This document shows positions 16,453 to 20,000 of a stretch of 20,000 bases of DNA, in pieces (position 1 is the stretch's first letter; each line of letters opens with the position of its first letter). The DNA is from Actinomycetales bacterium (GTDB lineage: Bacteria; Actinomycetota; Actinomycetes; Actinomycetales; CAVURS01): NCBI GenBank assembly GCA_045807245.1, contig JBJMHS010000078.1:122450-142449 (forward strand), in the 5' to 3' direction. Both the position numbers and the translations under genes were made by a program. The notes beneath the pieces are model-generated. The model made no database searches and was not told the DNA's origin. It was given only the letters and a program-made list of their open reading frames with translations.

Positions 16453-17636
16453 GTGAAGGCACGACTTTCCGGACGGTGCTGAGGGGATACGAGCCGACCG
16501 AGGTCGACCGCGCCGTCGCCGACCTGCAGGCTTCCCTGAACCACATGCGCGACCGGGCCGCCGAGCTCGAGCAGCAGCTGGCGACCAGCAACCAGGAGGC
16601 CGACCCGGCCCGGCTGCAGGACGCGACGGCGCGGGCGGAGCAGGCGGAGGCCCGGTTGCGCGAGGTCCAGGAGGCGCACGCCAAGGAGGCCGCCGAGCGC
16701 GAGGCGGCCGGCCCGCCGGAGCCGGCCGAGGCGTCGTACGAGCACCTCGGTGCCCGGGTGGGCCAGATGATGGGTCTGGCGCGGGACGAAGCCGCTGACA
16801 TCCGGCTGCGCGCCGCAGCCGATGCCAAGGCACACCGCGAAGAGGTCGAAGCCGGCGCGCTCGCGCTGCGCGAGGACGCCGAGCGGTACGCCGCGGACGT
16901 CCGCAGTGGCGTCGAGGCCGAGGCGGCCCGCCAGCTCGAGGAGGCCCGGCGGCAGTCCGACGAGATCCTTGACACAGCCGACCGGGACGCGACCGCGCGG
17001 CGCGAGGAAGCCGAGGCGTACTACGAGCACCAGCGCGCTGCGGCAGCCCAGGCGGCACTCGACTTCGAGCAGACCCTGGCCGAACGGCGAGAGCGGGCCG
17101 AGCGAGACTTCACGACCCAGACGGCGGCGGCGCAGGCGCAGCTCAGTCAGCTCCAGGACAACCTGGCGGCCCAGCGGCGCGAGGGCGAGCGCGAGCGCAC
17201 AGCCGCCCAGGCCGAGGCCAAGCGGATCGTGGACGAGGCCCGGCAGCAGGCCGAGACGCTGGTGAGCGAGGCGCAGGCCCGCGTGTCCCGGATCCGTTCC
17301 GAGTCCGAGCGCGAGCTCGCGGCCGCCAGCGCCCGACGCGACAGCATCAACGCCCAGCTGGCCAACGTCCGCCAGATGCTGGCCACGCTCACCGGGTCCT
17401 CGGCGACCGGGCTGGGCTTCGACGACCAGCCGGGGGGCGAGCCGGCGCAGGCCGGTACGCCGGGTGAGCCGGCTGCGGGCGGGACCGGCGAGCAGCCGGC
17501 CCAGCCCGCCGAGAACGACGACAACGGGGCCACCGTCGAGAACGCCGGCGAGCCGAATGGCGACCACGGCGAGAACGGCGAGAACGGCGAGACGCAGGGT
17601 GACAGCGCCGAGGACCGCGAGCACGTCCACAGCTGA
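16449..17636 (+). CDS. FilP-like intermediate-filament-like coiled-coil protein with DivIVA-type N-terminus
   Basis: N-terminal FRTVLRGYEPTEVD, internal SYEHLGARV and C-terminal RRDSINAQLANVRQMLATLTG closely match recalled Streptomyces FilP motifs. AGGA RBS and ATGA overlap with the upstream gene. Confidence 0.8.
   Translation: MSEGTTFRTVLRGYEPTEVDRAVADLQASLNHMRDRAAELEQQLATSNQEADPARLQDATARAEQAEARLREVQEAHAKEAAEREAAGPPEPAEASYEHLGARVGQMMGLARDEAADIRLRAAADAKAHREEVEAGALALREDAERYAADVRSGVEAEAARQLEEARRQSDEILDTADRDATARREEAEAYYEHQRAAAAQAALDFEQTLAERRERAERDFTTQTAAAQAQLSQLQDNLAAQRREGERERTAAQAEAKRIVDEARQQAETLVSEAQARVSRIRSESERELAAASARRDSINAQLANVRQMLATLTGSSATGLGFDDQPGGEPAQAGTPGEPAAGGTGEQPAQPAENDDNGATVENAGEPNGDHGENGENGETQGDSAEDREHVHS
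17566..17592 (+). repeat. 9-nt tandem repeat x3 (GEN repeats in the FilP-like tail)
   Basis: ACGGCGAGA repeated three times. Confidence 0.75.
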
Positions 17637-17697
17637 CGGCTGATCTCAGAATGCCGGCCGGCCGCCGGCGTCGCAGCAGCTGAGCCTTCGGACCGCT

Positions 17698-18201
17698 TTA
17701 GAGCACGCGCATCATCCGGGTGTTGCCCAACGTGTTCGGCTTGACCCGGTCCAGGTCCAGGAACTCGGCGACGCCCTCGTCGTACGAGCGCAGCAGCTGC
17801 GCATACACGTCGGGCTCCACCGGGGTGCCCTCGATGGCCGCGAAGCCATGGGCCACGAAGAACGGCACCTCGAAGGTCAGGCAGAAGACGCGGTGGACGC
17901 CGAGGTCGCGCGCCTTGTCCAGCAACGCCTCCAGGAGCAGATGCCCGATGCCTTGACGCCGGTACGCCGGGTCGGTCGCCAGGGTGCGTACCTCGGCCAG
18001 GTCCTCCCAGAGCACATGCAGCGCACCGAAGCCGACGACCACCGGACCTGGACGGGCCTCGGCGACCAGGAACTGCTGCAGTGCCTCGTAGTAGGCGACG
18101 GCGTCCTTGCTGACGAGGACCCGGTCGTTCGACAGAGGCTCCACGAGCGCCCGGATGGTGCGCACGTCGGACACGCGCGCCGGTCGGATCCTGATCTGCA
18201 C
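17698..18201 (-). CDS. Amino-acid N-acetyltransferase (short ArgA-like GNAT)
   Basis: Motifs GALHVLWEDLAEVRTLA, RRQGIG, VFCLTFEVPFF and EFLDLDRVKPNTLGNTRM. A CATGAT -10-like hexamer lies 6 nt before the GTG. Confidence 0.9.
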   Translation of the reverse strand: MQIRIRPARVSDVRTIRALVEPLSNDRVLVSKDAVAYYEALQQFLVAEARPGPVVVGFGALHVLWEDLAEVRTLATDPAYRRQGIGHLLLEALLDKARDLGVHRVFCLTFEVPFFVAHGFAAIEGTPVEPDVYAQLLRSYDEGVAEFLDLDRVKPNTLGNTRMMRVL

Positions 18202-18235
18202 CGCGCCATCATGGCTCGAAGGCGCGCGGCGTCGA

Positions 18236-18778
18236 TCAGCTGGGGGACGTGGGGCTCGGCGAGGGGTTCTGCTGCCCGGGACGCTGGCGGTTCGGCCCGT
18301 TGTAGAACGGCCCGTCGCCGAAGTTGCGCGGCGGCTGCTGCAGCCGGCGCTGACCCGGCTCGAACACCACGCGCTGCGTGCCGTGCCCGTCGTGCTGCCA
18401 GCCCACGACCACGCCCAGGCCGAAGCCGGCCAGGATCAGCAGCACCGAGAGCGCACCCGCCGTCAGTGGGGTCATCGTGCGGAGCCAGGCCGAGTGCCTG
18501 CGGGGCTGGGCCGGCGCCGGAGGTCCGGCCGGCCACGCCTGCTGCGGCCAGGCTTGCTGCGGCCAGGCTTGCTGCGGCCAGGCCTGCTGCGGCCAGGCCT
18601 GCTGCGGCCAGGCCTGCTGGGGTCCTGGCTGCTGAGGCCGCCCGGCGGCAGCCGGGGGCGCCTCGGGTGGCGTTTGCATCGCCGGCTGGGGTGCCGTCTC
18701 GGGTGCCGGCTGCGCTGCCGGCTCAGCCGCCGGCGGATCCCCCTGCGGTTGCTGGGCCGGCTCTTCGGGTGTGGTCAT
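18236..18778 (-). CDS. Pro/Gln-rich single-pass membrane protein with QQAWP repeats
   Basis: ATG 18778 preceded by GGAGG, a disordered P/Q/A N-terminus, and one TM segment (ALSVLLILAGFGLGVVVGW). Confidence 0.75.
   Translation of the reverse strand: MTTPEEPAQQPQGDPPAAEPAAQPAPETAPQPAMQTPPEAPPAAAGRPQQPGPQQAWPQQAWPQQAWPQQAWPQQAWPQQAWPAGPPAPAQPRRHSAWLRTMTPLTAGALSVLLILAGFGLGVVVGWQHDGHGTQRVVFEPGQRRLQQPPRNFGDGPFYNGPNRQRPGQQNPSPSPTSPS
18531..18620. repeat. 15-bp VNTR, 6 copies (encodes PQQAW)
   Basis: Units close to GGCCAGGCCTGCTGC start at 18531, 18546, 18561, 18576, 18591 and 18606, each with at most one substitution. Confidence 0.95.
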
Positions 18779-18958
18779 GTCTGCGCCTCCATGTGGCGGT
18801 CGGTGCCTCTGACCCAACGATGAGGCGTCCGCACCATGTTTTGAAGGTGTTCAGCCGAGTTCACAGCAGACCCCAAGGCAGCCCCCAGCCCCTCCCAGGA
18901 GTGGTCAACATCCTCTCTTCGGCGGGATGTCTCCCGCACCGCACTCCCCCCGGCCCGG

Positions 18959-19043
18959 GGTGCTCCCCAGCGCCCGGTAGCCAGGGCGTCCAGGCGCGTC
19001 GATCACCGGGCGCTGGGGAGCACCGCGCGGGGTGGGGAGCACG
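18959..19043. repeat. Palindromic REP/REPIN-like element, copy 2
   Basis: Perfect 20-bp inverted repeat GGTGCTCCCCAGCGCCCGGT (18959-18978) / ACCGGGCGCTGGGGAGCACC (19005-19024) around a 26-nt loop. Homologous to 5027-5132. Confidence 0.8.
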
Positions 19044-20000
19044 ACGAAGGCGGGTACGACGAAGGGGCCCGGCCACCAGATGGTGTCCGGGCCCCTCGTC
19101 GTACAGGCCTTGTCGTACTCCAGGTCAGTCCTTGCAGCACTCCGCGGGCTGAGCCACACCCCGCGGCGGCTCCGTCTCCGGCGCCAGGTCCCTCGCCGGC
19201 GGCCGCGCCCGCGGACGCACCGCCCGGCGCGCCGGCCGCCACTGCGGCGACGTCCGGCACGGTGGCCTTCGGCGTACCGACGAAGGTGAACTGCGCGTCC
19301 TTCTCGGCCCCGTCGGTGTCGACCAGGACGATCGAGCCCGGCTTGAGCTCGCCGTACAGGATCTTCTCCGACAGCATGTCCTCGATGTCGCGCTGGATCG
19401 TACGGCGCAGCGGGCGGGCCCCGAGGACCGGGTCGTAGCCCTTCGTGGCGAGCAGGATCTTCGCGGCCGGGGTGAGCTCGATGCCCATGTCCTTGTCGCG
19501 CAGGCGCTCGTCCAGCTTGGCCAGCATGAGGTCGACGATCTCGACGATCTCGTCCTGGGTGAGCTGCGGGAAGACGATGGTGTCGTCCACCCGGTTGAGG
19601 AACTCCGGCCGGAAGTGCTGCTTGAGCTCGTCGATGACGCGGTTCTTCATCCGCTCGTAGCCGGTCTTGGTGTCGGCGCCGGACTGGAAGCCCAGGCTCT
19701 GACCCTTGGCGATGTCCCTCGTGCCGAGGTTCGTCGTCATGATGATCACGGTGTTCTTGAAGTCCACCGAGCGGCCCTGGCTGTCGGTCAGGCGACCGTC
19801 CTCCAGGATCTGCAGCAGCGAGTTGAAGATGTCCGGGTGGGCCTTCTCGACCTCGTCGAACAGGACCACCGAGAACGGACGCCGCCGCACCTTCTCGGTC
19901 AGCTGGCCACCCTCCTCGTAGCCGACGTAGCCGGGAGGCGAGCCGAACAGCCGCGAGACCGTGTGCTTCTCGGAGAACTCGCTCATGTCGAGCTGGATCA
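19003..20000 (-). CDS. clpC: ATP-dependent Clp protease ATP-binding subunit ClpC, C-terminal part
   Basis: Motifs DMSEFSEKHTVSRLFGSPPGYVGYEEGGQLTE, VLFDEVEKAHPD, LLQILEDGRLTD, LGFQ (ClpP-binding loop), FRPEFLNRVD and GARPLRR. The 5' end lies outside the window. The true 3' end may be 19125 (see findings). Confidence 0.97.
   Translation of the reverse strand, partial: IQLDMSEFSEKHTVSRLFGSPPGYVGYEEGGQLTEKVRRRPFSVVLFDEVEKAHPDIFNSLLQILEDGRLTDSQGRSVDFKNTVIIMTTNLGTRDIAKGQSLGFQSGADTKTGYERMKNRVIDELKQHFRPEFLNRVDDTIVFPQLTQDEIVEIVDLMLAKLDERLRDKDMGIELTPAAKILLATKGYDPVLGARPLRRTIQRDIEDMLSEKILYGELKPGSIVLVDTDGAEKDAQFTFVGTPKATVPDVAAVAAGAPGGASAGAAAGEGPGAGDGAAAGCGSARGVLQGLTWSTTRPVRRGARTPSGGRAPSSYPPSSCSPPRAVLPSAR
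19054..19104 (-). terminator. Strong hairpin, probable clpC terminator
   Basis: GTACGACGAAGGGGCCCGG..CACCA / TGGTG.CCGGGCCCCTCGTCGTAC, a stem of more than 20 bp with one bulge and one mismatch. Confidence 0.7.

Noticed and set aside
14650..17630. Long antisense ORFs (586 and 552 aa) opposite the coiled-coil genes
   Set aside because: Leu/Gly/Arg-rich mirror translations of Glu/Gln/Ala codons, with no independent evidence.
17651..17671. ATGCCGGC/GCCGGCGT hairpin between the convergent FilP-like and acetyltransferase genes
   Set aside because: A short GC-only stem is expected by chance at this GC content. It may be a terminator but cannot be supported from sequence alone.
18531..18620. Possible CRISPR array, or Cys-rich peptide (CCGQA)n on the plus strand (ORF 18378-18635)
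   Set aside because: The units are contiguous 15-mers with no spacers and no cas genes nearby. The CCGQA reading is the antisense of a minus-strand gene that has a good RBS and a TM helix.
1..20000. Defence island, prophage, integrase or transposase genes
   Set aside because: No ORF shows such motifs, and gene content and order match conserved actinobacterial core neighbourhoods.

Overview
This is a high-GC actinobacterial chromosomal segment, a largely conserved core neighbourhood running from proC to clpC. From left to right on the minus strand it holds a partial GNAT, proC, proline dehydrogenase, a secreted Cys-containing beta-propeller-like protein, an ABC-2 exporter pair, a TetR regulator, a TIM-barrel sugar phosphate isomerase/epimerase and ppx. 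The plus strand then carries a Cys-rich Rv0495c-like protein, a SAM methyltransferase, a FAD oxidoreductase, a small membrane protein, radA-disA-mutY and a translationally coupled Scy-like/FilP-like coiled-coil pair. The window ends on the minus strand with an amino-acid N-acetyltransferase, a QQAWP-repeat membrane protein and the 3' part of clpC. I found no rRNA, tRNA, CRISPR array or transposase. The most notable non-coding signals are two dispersed copies of a palindromic element with equal-length (26 nt) but unrelated loops, an exact PafBC/RecA-NDp promoter before radA, and a TetR-type operator over a leaderless TTGACA promoter. There is also a 38-bp bidirectional leaderless promoter, and leaderless architecture is pervasive. 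Several point anomalies may be biology or base-call errors: clpC reads through its terminator, the methyltransferase and mutY lack a good canonical start, and PRODH has ATHH in place of ATHD. All calls come from motif recognition by eye; no database search was run.
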